Below are positions 20,105 through 28,745 of a stretch of DNA of 64,000 bases, piece by piece; the stretch's first letter is position 1, and each line of letters starts with the position of its first letter. Below the pieces are notes generated by a model. It ran no database searches and was not told the DNA's origin. It was given only the letters and a program-made list of their open reading frames with translations. The stretch comes from Candidatus Zixiibacteriota bacterium (lineage in GTDB: Bacteria > Zixibacteria > MSB-5A5 > GN15 > FEB-12), in NCBI GenBank assembly GCA_028289585.1, contig JANQPI010000020.1:96039-160038 (forward strand), read 5' to 3'. The position numbers and the translations under genes were made by a program.

Positions 20105-21053
20105 CGATTTCAGGAGTCTCCGGTTTCTTTCGATTTGATTCAACGTCTTTCTTCTGAAGATGCCGCGTCCTCACGTACTCTTCGAACCACTCCAAGAGCT
20201 CGTCGACTCGCTGTTTGGCCGATGCAGTCGCCGTCTTCGAAACATATGCCCAGTAATGATGTGGCGCATACGAAACCAATGAATCCACTCTAGATCGTAC
20301 TGCATCAACTTCCTCGGGATTTAGCAGGAACATTGCCTGTCTAACCGAACTCTGGCTGCTGTCGGACAGGCTAGTCTCCAAAGTCGTTGCGAAAATCGGG
20401 CCAAGCCCCATCAACGTTCGGATCGAGTCGATCTGTCTACGAACCTCATCGTTATGTTGGCCAATATCGTCTATCCGAAAGCTTGGACCGAGAGTATCTG
20501 GAGACAAGAAGCGGCTCTCTAACTGCTTCAGTTGCTGTTCGAGGCGCCGCCTTTCTAACGTCGCAGGAACACTCGTCCCGCTTCTAAAACCGATGTCGGG
20601 TACATCCGTGACAACTACAGAATCAACGTAGTCGACGATAAAAAACTCATAGAAATTGAGATATCGATCACAGAATTTGAAGCTGACCGAGTACGCCAAG
20701 TATAGCTCGGGGAGAAAGTTGACTTCGAACTCTACATCTATCCTCCCCGATGACTGCCGATCTACCTGCTGCTCGGTCGGACTCGGTTGGGGCATATTCC
20801 GAGCCACGTGCAAATCGACTAAGACCGTTTCGCAGGTGTCGAACTCGGGCCGAGGAATCGCGGTAACGCGTAGGCTAATTGGATGCCCTCGAACTATTTC
20901 GCCAACAACTTCTACATTGGCATCGATCGATACGTCGGGTAGAGCGCGGGACCGGGCATCGCTCTTTGAAACAGCGGTGAGGGTCAGTAAAAGAACAAAT
21001 GCCAAGACTCGGCATGAGTAGATCATCACACACCCCCAGTTTGGATGACTCAT
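20049..21053 (-). CDS. paralog of the N-terminal domain of the 1098-aa metalloprotease (stand-alone, about 334 aa), stop overlaps protease start (ATGA)
   Basis: Shares MSHPNWGCVMI start and similar following region (...LP[ND]VSI...VEVVG..RG.P...RVTA.PR... EFEV...); start chosen at the conserved MSHPNW methionine. Confidence 0.55.
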   Translation of the reverse strand: MSHPNWGCVMIYSCRVLAFVLLLTLTAVSKSDARSRALPDVSIDANVEVVGEIVRGHPISLRVTAIPRPEFDTCETVLVDLHVARNMPQPSPTEQQVDRQSSGRIDVEFEVNFLPELYLAYSVSFKFCDRYLNFYEFFIVDYVDSVVVTDVPDIGFRSGTSVPATLERRRLEQQLKQLESRFLSPDTLGPSFRIDDIGQHNDEVRRQIDSIRTLMGLGPIFATTLETSLSDSSQSSVRQAMFLLNPEEVDAVRSRVDSLVSYAPHHYWAYVSKTATASAKQRVDELLEWFEEYVRTRHLQKKDVESNRKKPETPEIEFGDCVRGTSYSILSLVV

Positions 21054-21094
21054 ACTACCAATGACAGTATAGAGTATGACGTACCGCGCACGCA
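21023..21094. repeat. second copy of the 73-bp 5' UTR/start duplication
   Basis: Direct sequence comparison. Confidence 0.85.
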
Positions 21095-21184
21095 ATCCGT
21101 CCAAAGCCGATTTCAGCTCCCTCGATTGAACCTACCATTTGCTCTTAATGTACTATATACTAATCAATCGGGCGGCTGATCGCC
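21094..21184. repeat. 91-bp direct repeat copy B; a further degenerate copy lies at about 20098-20130 inside the 3' end of the paralog ORF
   Basis: About 95% identity with 15421-15511. Confidence 0.75.
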
Positions 21185-21223
21185 CACCAACAATGCCGAC
21201 ACCGCTAGCCACAAGGGGTTACG

Positions 21224-23011
21224 ATGCCGACAGTTGCCTCTACCGAAACGCCGGTTGACTTTACCAGCAACCCGCAGGTCCGCGCCCTCCCCAACTACCT
21301 TCGACAGTTCATTGTCGAACAGAACTACGACGCCTACCACCCGGTCGACCACGCCGTCTGGCGTTACATCATGCGTCAGAACTGCCATTTCCTGCGCGAG
21401 AACGCCCACAAAGTCTATTTCAAGGGGCTGCTCGAAACGGGGATCGACCTCGACAAGATTCCGTCGATCGCCGAAATGAATGACATCCTGGGCAAGATCG
21501 GCTGGGGCGCGGTGGCCGTCGACGGGTTCATCCCCCCGGCGGCGTTCATGGAGTACCAGGCGTACAAAGTGCTCGTCATCGCCGCCGACATGCGGCAACT
21601 GCATCATATCGACTACACCCCCGCGCCGGATATTGTCCACGAGGCGGCCGGGCATGCGCCGATCATTGTCGACGAGGAATACTCGAACTACCTGCAACGC
21701 TTCGGCGAAATCGGTGCCCTGGCGATGTACTCGAAGCGAGATTACGAGCTCTACGAGGCGATTCGCAAGCTGTCGATTCTCAAAGAAACGCCTGGCGCCG
21801 ATGAAAACGAAATCGACGCCACAGAAAAGCAGGTCAAATGGCTACAGGAAAATCTCGGGGAACCGTCGGAAATCGCCCGCCTGCAACGTCTGCACTGGTG
21901 GACAGTCGAATACGGCCTGATCGGCACGCTCGACAAGGCCAAGATCTACGGTGCGGGATTGCTCTCATCGATCGGCGAGTCGGTCAAATGCCTCGAACCG
22001 AATGTCAAGAAGTTGCCGTACACGCTCGCTGCGGCTGACTACGCCTTCGATATCACCGAGATGCAACCGCAACTTTTTGTCACCCCCGACTTCACACATC
22101 TGCACAACGTTCTCGAAGAATTCGCCGACACAATGGCACTCCGTCGCGGCGGCGCCTACGGCGTCAAGATGGCGATCGACACCGAGGCAACCAACACCGC
22201 CGAATACTCAAGCGGTTTACAGGTGTCAGGAATTTTCAGCGATCTAAAGACCGATGCCAATGGCGACGTGATCTTTATCAAGACATCGGGTGCGACCACC
22301 CTCGCCCATCAGCGGACGTGTCTCGACGGTCACGGTCCCGAGTATCATGCCGACGGCTTCTCCTCGCCGGTTGGTAAGTTTAAGAACGTCCCGCGCGATC
22401 CGGGTGATCTCGACGATTCCGCGCTCGAAATGATGGGCCTGCGTTTCGGTCAGCCGGGCAAACTCGAATTCGAGTCCGGCATCACGGTAGAGGGAACGCT
22501 CGAACGGGCCGTCCGCAAAGACGACAAGCTCCTCTTACTCGTCTGGTCGAACTGTACGGTCACCTACGGCGGCGAAACACTGTTCCGTCCGGAATGGGGA
22601 ACCTACGACATGGCGGTCGGTGCGACAATTACGTCGGTCTTCTGCGGTGCTGCTGACAAAGATGCTCACCACGAAATCGCTCCGGTCTCGCGCACGCGAA
22701 CGATCAAAGTCCACTACACCGATAAAGAGCGCGCTCGCCAGAAGCTCTACGGTGAGGTGCGGAAGATACGCGACGGCCAGGGGTCGACCGAGGCCCTTCC
22801 GGATATCTGGACCAAGGTCACCACCGAGCACCCCGACGACTGGTTGCTGTCGACCGAGATTCTAGAACTCGTCGAGCATCTCAAAATCTATCCAGATCTC
22901 AACAAACGGATTCGCGCCTATCTCGCCACCAAGGCAGAGGAGGATGCGATCACGCGCAAGTTGATTGAGGACGGTCTCAGTCTCTCGTTCCGCATCACTG
23001 CCCGCGACTAG
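21224..23011 (+). CDS. phhA: long-form aromatic amino acid hydroxylase (phenylalanine 4-monooxygenase) with a roughly 300-aa C-terminal extension of unknown function
   Basis: Iron-binding/pterin region PDIVHEAAGHAPIIVDEEYSNYLQRFGEIG matches the PAH/TH/TPH catalytic signature; total 595 aa. Confidence 0.8.
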   Translation: MPTVASTETPVDFTSNPQVRALPNYLRQFIVEQNYDAYHPVDHAVWRYIMRQNCHFLRENAHKVYFKGLLETGIDLDKIPSIAEMNDILGKIGWGAVAVDGFIPPAAFMEYQAYKVLVIAADMRQLHHIDYTPAPDIVHEAAGHAPIIVDEEYSNYLQRFGEIGALAMYSKRDYELYEAIRKLSILKETPGADENEIDATEKQVKWLQENLGEPSEIARLQRLHWWTVEYGLIGTLDKAKIYGAGLLSSIGESVKCLEPNVKKLPYTLAAADYAFDITEMQPQLFVTPDFTHLHNVLEEFADTMALRRGGAYGVKMAIDTEATNTAEYSSGLQVSGIFSDLKTDANGDVIFIKTSGATTLAHQRTCLDGHGPEYHADGFSSPVGKFKNVPRDPGDLDDSALEMMGLRFGQPGKLEFESGITVEGTLERAVRKDDKLLLLVWSNCTVTYGGETLFRPEWGTYDMAVGATITSVFCGAADKDAHHEIAPVSRTRTIKVHYTDKERARQKLYGEVRKIRDGQGSTEALPDIWTKVTTEHPDDWLLSTEILELVEHLKIYPDLNKRIRAYLATKAEEDAITRKLIEDGLSLSFRITARD

Positions 23012-23067
23012 GTCACAAGTGACCCTCGCTAAGGAGACTCCTTGCTGATTCGTATTCCTTCCGATAA

Positions 23068-23087
23068 ATGCAACTTATCGGTTGCAT
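23068..23087. promoter_or_regulatory. perfect inverted repeat ATGCAAC-N6-GTTGCAT, candidate operator (ArsR-family) overlapping the -35 element
   Basis: Seen directly; lies in the promoter of the SRPBCC-ArsR pair. Confidence 0.5.
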
Positions 23088-23109
23088 AACCCCAGAAGCT
23101 TCGTATAAT
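23082..23109 (+). promoter_or_regulatory. sigma70-like promoter: -35 TTGCAT (23082-23087), 16-bp spacer, -10 TATAAT (23104-23109)
   Basis: Consensus-like hexamers with canonical spacing about 24 nt upstream of ATG 23133; AGGAGG RBS at 23120-23125. Confidence 0.5.
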
Positions 23110-23113
23110 TCGC

Positions 23114-23129
23114 GCAACCAGGAGGTTGC
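23114..23129. promoter_or_regulatory. second palindrome GCAACC-AGGA-GGTTGC overlapping the RBS, candidate second operator half-site pair
   Basis: Seen directly; shares the GCAAC/GTTGC half-site with the upstream palindrome. Confidence 0.4.
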
Positions 23130-23132
23130 ATA

Positions 23133-23579
23133 ATGAACGATACGATCGAAAAGGTAGTCGAACTCGCCGCTCCCGTCTCCCGCGTCTGGCAGGCGGTGAC
23201 CGATCACAAAGAGTTCGGTACATGGTTCAAGGTTGATATCGACGGTCCGTTTCGGGCCGGGGAGCTGTCTCGTGGGCAGTTCACTAATGAGGGCTACGAG
23301 CACGTGCGTTGGCTGGCAAAAGTCGAGGCGATCGAGCCCGAGACCTATTTCGCCTTTCGCTGGCATCAGGAGGAGATCGACTCGGCACGCCGCCTCGAAG
23401 AGGAACCGACGACCTTGGTCGAATTCCACCTGGAGCCGACAGAGTTCGGTACGCGGCTGACGATTCGCGAATCCGGTTTCGCCGGTCTCCCCGAGGCATC
23501 GCGGCTCGAATCGCTCAAGCGCAATACCGAGGGCTGGAACTTTCAGGCTGACAACATCACCGATTATGTCGGTTCGTGA
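23133..23579 (+). CDS. SRPBCC-superfamily protein (AHSA1/Aha1-like activator-of-Hsp90-ATPase-homolog family)
   Basis: 148 aa; typical partner of ArsR regulators; overlaps downstream gene. Confidence 0.65.
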   Translation: MNDTIEKVVELAAPVSRVWQAVTDHKEFGTWFKVDIDGPFRAGELSRGQFTNEGYEHVRWLAKVEAIEPETYFAFRWHQEEIDSARRLEEEPTTLVEFHLEPTEFGTRLTIRESGFAGLPEASRLESLKRNTEGWNFQADNITDYVGS

Positions 23580-23904
23580 ATCATCGCCACCGCCTGTCGA
23601 TGCCGCTCCGATCTTCGCGGCGCTGGGTGACCAGACTCGTCTGGCTCTGATTGGGCGACTGCTAAACGGCGAACAGCGCTCGATAACCGAATTGAGCCGC
23701 GGCCTCGCTCTCACTCGCCAGGGTGTGACCAAACATCTTCACATTTTGGAAGCCGCCGGTGTGGTTGCCGGACAACGGGTCGGCCGTGAAAGTCGATACG
23801 AGCTGCGTCGCGAACCGATCGACCGGGTACGAGAGTTTCTCAACCTAGTGTCTCGGGAGTGGGATGTCGCCATCGACCGTCTCAAGTCACATCTTGAGGA
23901 GTAA
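23566..23904 (+). CDS. ArsR/SmtB-family winged-HTH transcriptional regulator
   Basis: IFAALGDQTRLALIGRLLNGEQRSITELSRGLALTRQGVTKHLHILEAAGVV helix-turn-helix region. Confidence 0.8.
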   Translation: MSVRESSPPPVDAAPIFAALGDQTRLALIGRLLNGEQRSITELSRGLALTRQGVTKHLHILEAAGVVAGQRVGRESRYELRREPIDRVREFLNLVSREWDVAIDRLKSHLEE

Positions 23905-24310
23905 GCGACTGCGCCGTGCCCGTGTAGTGCCGATGCTCGGCGCGGTATTCGACTCAAATCTGCTGTTGTTGCTGGGAGAGAACGGTTTATCAGTGCGATC
24001 CTGTCCCTTGTGAATGACGTCACAAAAACGCCGCTCATCGAACCTCTGCAAGATGCTGTATGATAGGACCTTACGATTCACGCAGTACAAGTTAGTGCCT
24101 TAAACAACGACACAATCGTAGAATAATAGACAGCTTTAGACAGTATCTGTACCAGCTGTCACACACTATCTCCCTATCGCACACCACGTTTCGATTCTCA
24201 TCAAAGCCTCACCAAATTGTCGCCGATTGTACTTCGGACAAAGAAGGTCGCAATTATCTTGGGAGTGATCAAACGCTGGACGAAAGGTCCACTTCTGGAG
24301 GAGGAGTGAT

Positions 24311-24517
24311 ATGCCGATGATTCCCTTGATTCCGCCGACGCCGAATGACTGCGCCGTCTGCCCGCCTAGCCGGCTCCTGGAATTGCCTGTCGACTTTTCG
24401 ACCGGGGGCAAATTCCTGCGCGAAATCGATCGCTTCTTCGAGGGCTACGAGCAGGGCACTCAGGTTCTCGGTCAAATTGATCGAACGGCGCCAATTCGCT
24501 TGTATAACGAGTTGTAG
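24311..24517 (+). CDS. small hypothetical protein (68 aa) with good RBS (GGAGGAGGAG)
   Basis: ORF with upstream SD-like sequence in an otherwise AT-richer noncoding stretch; no recognisable domain. Confidence 0.25.
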   Translation: MPMIPLIPPTPNDCAVCPPSRLLELPVDFSTGGKFLREIDRFFEGYEQGTQVLGQIDRTAPIRLYNEL

Positions 24518-24565
24518 CGCCGGTCACTTGCTGTCGCCGTAACCGGGCGCTATTCTGACCCGATC

Positions 24566-25036
24566 ATGGATGCGCTGCGGTTAACAGTTGTCTTACTACT
24601 CGGAGTGGTCATTGGTCTGAGCGACGTCGCTCGGGCTAACGACTCGATCCCCCCCGCTGATTCCCTCTCCCTCTATGAGCGGATCGGTGCCGATGACGGT
24701 CTCACCAGTTTGGTCGAGAGCTATCTCGCCCGTGTCGTTGCCGATTCGTCTCTCGCCCGCATTCATCGCCATCGTTCCGTGGAGTCACTTGGATGGATCA
24801 CCGGGCTGGCAACCGGCTTCCTCTGTCGCGAAACGGGCGGTCCTTGCTGGTCGCCGATAACGCTCAGGTGGTTTTCCCGCTTCGGCTCGCTGACACCCGC
24901 GGAATTCGTGCGGCTTCTGGATCACGCTGCAACAACCCTGGACATCCATGAAATCGATGCCGATTCGCGGGCAGAGTTCTTGCGCATCTTGTCGAGCTAC
25001 GAACCCGATTTGGTCGCGACCTCGACAAACGAATGA
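24566..25036 (+). CDS. secreted truncated-hemoglobin-like (2/2 globin) protein
   Basis: Signal-like N-terminus; LYERIGADDGLTSLVESYLARVVADSSLARIH resembles trHb B-E helix pattern (LYEKLGG...FY..V..D). Confidence 0.45.
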   Translation: MDALRLTVVLLLGVVIGLSDVARANDSIPPADSLSLYERIGADDGLTSLVESYLARVVADSSLARIHRHRSVESLGWITGLATGFLCRETGGPCWSPITLRWFSRFGSLTPAEFVRLLDHAATTLDIHEIDADSRAEFLRILSSYEPDLVATSTNE

Positions 25037-25101
25037 CCATGGACGCACGTCCCCGCGTATATCACAAAGACAAGCTACTTCAGACATAGGGAGCGATCAC
25101 G

Positions 25102-28100
25102 GTGACCAAGCTTTTCACGCTGCTCTGCGGCTTTTGTCTGCTACTCTCTCCGGCGATGGCCGAGACAGTCTTTGACGAACTCACGGCCGACCAAGAAATC
25201 GCGGCCTTCCAGGTTGAAGCGGTTTACGAGACCGATGCCGGAGCTGGTATGGGTGCACGATTCCGTCACGTCCCAACCGGCTTCGTACTCGACCTCCTGC
25301 GTATCCAGTCGGTTCCGCAGGCGTTCATGTGGGTAAACTCACCGCCGTTCTCTGACGGTGGCGAGCCCCACACGCTCGAGCATCTGCTTCTCGGTAAGGG
25401 GAATCGCGGCCGCTACGTTGCGTCACTTGAAGACATGGCGCTCGGATCGTCGTCGGCCTACACCGAACAACTACGCACCTGCTATCACTTCCACACTAAC
25501 GCGGGAACCGAAACGTTCTTCCTGCTTTTCCGCGAGAAACTTGATGCGATGCTGAACCCGACTTTCACCGATGAAGAGATTCGTCGGGAAGTGATGAATT
25601 ATGGCATCAAGATCGATCCGACGACCGGTGATCGCACCCTGGAGGAAAAGGGGACGGTCTATAACGAAATGGTCAGCTCGTTTGAGCGCCCGTGGGGCAA
25701 CCTGTGGTACGAAATGCGTCAGAATATCTTCGGCGCCGATCACGAATACTCGCGGTCGGCCGGTGGCACGCCTGAAGCGCTGCGCCAACTGCCGCCGGAA
25801 GCGATCCGACGCTTTCACGACTCGACCCACCAGCTCTGGAACATGGGGGCTGTGGCAGCCCTTCCTAACGAGATTGCTGTCGACGACGCGCTGCAGTTGT
25901 TTTCGGATATTCTCGCCGCAGTGGATCCGGATGCCGGTCCCGGTGAGGATGCCGCCACCGCCTATGATCGCCTTCCTCCGTTCCGCTCAGCCGAGCCGGG
26001 AGCGATTCTGCAGACCGCCTTCAAGTCAGCGAACCCGCAGGAGCCCGGCTTGATGTTCCTTGCCTGGCCGCCCGTGAATCGACTTGAGAACAACGATTGG
26101 ATGATGGCCGATCTTCTCATGGAACTCGTGGCCACCGGCCAGACGTCGAACCTCCACAAGAAGCTGATCGACAGTCGCGAGCGCGTCACCGACATCGGTG
26201 CCACCTCGATTTTTGGATGGGTCGACGACGGTCCGGGTCAGTCGTTTATGATCGGTATCTCCGATGTCCGGCCGTCGGCTACGTCACCTGCAATGATCGA
26301 TTCCATACGCGGCTTGATTGTCAACGAATTCGCCCGCATTGCCTCGTGGTCCGATGATGATCCAGACCTCGCAGCGTTCAATGAGCGCGCGATGACCCGT
26401 CTGATAGCCAACGAACGAGCCAATCGGATGTTTCTCAATCAGCCTCCGCGCTGGGGGTACCGAGGGACCGGATCGGCCTGGCTCGACCTGCTACAACGAT
26501 TGCATCGGACCGGAGAGTTTCGCCGATCACTCACGCGTAACGCGGAGGTGGCGTTCGCTCGTGCCCAATTGGAAACCGAGGGTAACATCTGGAAAGCGTA
26601 CATCGACGGTTGGCAGCTCGGACAGCAGCTCCCCTACGCCGGTGCGACACAACCCGACCCGGGAATCATTCAGGCGACGCAGGACGCCACGGCGGCGCGA
26701 CTTGGTGCCAAGTTGGCCACCCTGCGGGAGACCTACAACGCCACAACCGATGACGAGGCAATAGCGGCGTTTGCTGCCGACTACGACGCTCAGACAGCGA
26801 TCCTCGATTCGATCGCCGCGGAAAACACCGTACCAAGCTTCATCGACAACCCACCCCTTACGATCGATCCAACGCTCGCCTATCGCATCGAGTCGCTCCC
26901 CGGCGGCGGCGATCTGGTCGTGTCGACCTTCGACAACATCTCCAGCGCGACGATCGGATTAGCAATGGACCTCTCGGTGACGCCGGAATCCGAACTACTC
27001 TATGTTGCCGCGCTACCGACACTGCTTCGTCAAACCGGAGTGATCCGCGACGATCAACCGATCCCGTTTGACCAGTTCGATGAATCGGTACGCCGGGAGA
27101 TTCGCTCTCTCGATGCCTACGTCACGACCAATCACCGGAGTGAGCGTGCCGAACTTGTGGTCCGCGCCTCCGGTTCGGAGATCGCAGAGAACCGAACAGC
27201 AATCGGATGGCTTGAGACGATGCTGCTGGCCCCGGACCTTCGGATTGAAAACCTCCCTCGCATCATCGATGCAATCGATCGCACGCTGTCGGGACATCGG
27301 ACTCGGATGCAGGGCTCCGAAGAATCGTGGGTGACCGAGCCTGCCAACGCGTACTGGCGGCAGGATAATCCCCTGCTGCTCGCGACATCGTCGTTCATGA
27401 CCGAAGCCCATCTGTTGCAGCGATTCCGCTGGCAGTTGCGAGCGGCGCCGGACCAGGCGACTGGCGACGCAACATCGATGTTCATGCAGCGCCTGAATGA
27501 TCTGGGCACTCTCGGTGGCGATCGCGCCACGGCCTCGGCGTTAGTCAAATCGATTGCGGACAATGCTGCCGACCAATCGTCGCACTCCCTCGCCGTTGAT
27601 TACCTTGCGCTCCCCGAAGCCGCCCGAGAGCTCGTTCATGAGGCAGCCGTTGATCTCGTCGCGAATCTTCCGGGGATTCCGGATGAGTCGTTCGCCGACG
27701 ACTGGGCACTGCTGGTTACGCAGATGATGGCTGACCTGCGGACCTCACCCGCAACTGCACTCGCCAACGCTGACAACGTGCTCAACCGACTCCGCAATCA
27801 GGCGGCGGTACGTGGGTTCGCGATCACAAACGCGACCGAACAATCGGCCTTGATCGAACGCGTCAGTTCGATCGTTGCGAAGCTCGATGACACACCGATC
27901 GAGCGCGTGAAGTACACACGCCGAGCGCGCGTCGACGACCGTATTCAGCAACGTTTGGATGATCGGACCGAGCCGCTGCTGGTCGGCTTGGTGAACAACA
28001 ACACGAGTTCGGGCGTGCACATTCACACCGCCGACTGTGCGTCATTTTTCGACAGTGATACGTCGCTCCTGCTCAATTTCCTCGCTGCTCGCCTTTACGG

Positions 28101-28680
28101 CGGTGGGGGCGCACATTCGATGTTCATGCGGACGTGGGGTGCCGGGCTGGCCTATTCCAATGGTCTGCGCAGCAACGAGGTAAATGGCCGACTGATCTAT
28201 TATGCCGAACGCTGTCCCGACCTCGCACAGACGATTTCATTCGTTACCGACGTATTGAAAAATGCCCCCACGGATCCGGCACTCACCGACTACGCAGTAT
28301 CGCAGGCATTCGCCGTGATGCGATCGGGAGATGATTTCGCCCGTCGTGGCGAGGCAATGGCAGCCTATCTGGCCGACGGTTTGACTGACGAGGTCGTCTC
28401 GCGATTCCGTTCAGGGATTCTCGAACTGCGTTCAATCGACGATCTCGCAACTGTCCTCTTTGATCGAATGGACGAGGTGTACGGAACGGTACTGCCGGGT
28501 TACGGTCCGGCCCTCACGAGCAACCGGGAGACACACAACGCTCGGTTTTTCGTAATTGGTCCGGATGCTCAACTGGATGCCTACACCGAGTATCTCAAGA
28601 CTGTCGAGGGCAATGCGGCAAGCGTTACAAAGCTCTATCCCCGCGACTTCTGGCTGACCGACGATGGACGCATGAACTGA
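25102..28680 (+). CDS. large secreted M16-family (pitrilysin/insulinase-like) zinc metalloprotease, tandem M16 halves
   Basis: 1192 aa; signal peptide MTKLFTLLCGFCLLLSPAMA; inverted zinc motif HTLEHLLLGKG (HxxEH); GTG start. Confidence 0.7.
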   Translation: MTKLFTLLCGFCLLLSPAMAETVFDELTADQEIAAFQVEAVYETDAGAGMGARFRHVPTGFVLDLLRIQSVPQAFMWVNSPPFSDGGEPHTLEHLLLGKGNRGRYVASLEDMALGSSSAYTEQLRTCYHFHTNAGTETFFLLFREKLDAMLNPTFTDEEIRREVMNYGIKIDPTTGDRTLEEKGTVYNEMVSSFERPWGNLWYEMRQNIFGADHEYSRSAGGTPEALRQLPPEAIRRFHDSTHQLWNMGAVAALPNEIAVDDALQLFSDILAAVDPDAGPGEDAATAYDRLPPFRSAEPGAILQTAFKSANPQEPGLMFLAWPPVNRLENNDWMMADLLMELVATGQTSNLHKKLIDSRERVTDIGATSIFGWVDDGPGQSFMIGISDVRPSATSPAMIDSIRGLIVNEFARIASWSDDDPDLAAFNERAMTRLIANERANRMFLNQPPRWGYRGTGSAWLDLLQRLHRTGEFRRSLTRNAEVAFARAQLETEGNIWKAYIDGWQLGQQLPYAGATQPDPGIIQATQDATAARLGAKLATLRETYNATTDDEAIAAFAADYDAQTAILDSIAAENTVPSFIDNPPLTIDPTLAYRIESLPGGGDLVVSTFDNISSATIGLAMDLSVTPESELLYVAALPTLLRQTGVIRDDQPIPFDQFDESVRREIRSLDAYVTTNHRSERAELVVRASGSEIAENRTAIGWLETMLLAPDLRIENLPRIIDAIDRTLSGHRTRMQGSEESWVTEPANAYWRQDNPLLLATSSFMTEAHLLQRFRWQLRAAPDQATGDATSMFMQRLNDLGTLGGDRATASALVKSIADNAADQSSHSLAVDYLALPEAARELVHEAAVDLVANLPGIPDESFADDWALLVTQMMADLRTSPATALANADNVLNRLRNQAAVRGFAITNATEQSALIERVSSIVAKLDDTPIERVKYTRRARVDDRIQQRLDDRTEPLLVGLVNNNTSSGVHIHTADCASFFDSDTSLLLNFLAARLYGGGGAHSMFMRTWGAGLAYSNGLRSNEVNGRLIYYAERCPDLAQTISFVTDVLKNAPTDPALTDYAVSQAFAVMRSGDDFARRGEAMAAYLADGLTDEVVSRFRSGILELRSIDDLATVLFDRMDEVYGTVLPGYGPALTSNRETHNARFFVIGPDAQLDAYTEYLKTVEGNAASVTKLYPRDFWLTDDGRMN

Positions 28681-28707
28681 TTCGGGAAGCTCCTGAGATT
28701 CGACAGA

Positions 28708-28740
28708 CAGCCGCCGCAGAGAAAAACTCTGCGGCGACTG
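28708..28740. terminator. bidirectional stem-loop (CAGCCGCCGCAGAG-AAAAACT-CTCTGCGGCGACTG) between convergent M16 and symporter genes
   Basis: 10-12 bp GC-rich stem seen directly in the 65-bp convergent intergenic gap. Confidence 0.55.
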
Positions 28741-28745
28741 TTGGT

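Noticed and set aside
21480-21920. 146-aa alternate-frame ORF inside phhA
   Set aside because: Arg/Ser/Thr-rich frame-shifted translation of the PAH catalytic domain region
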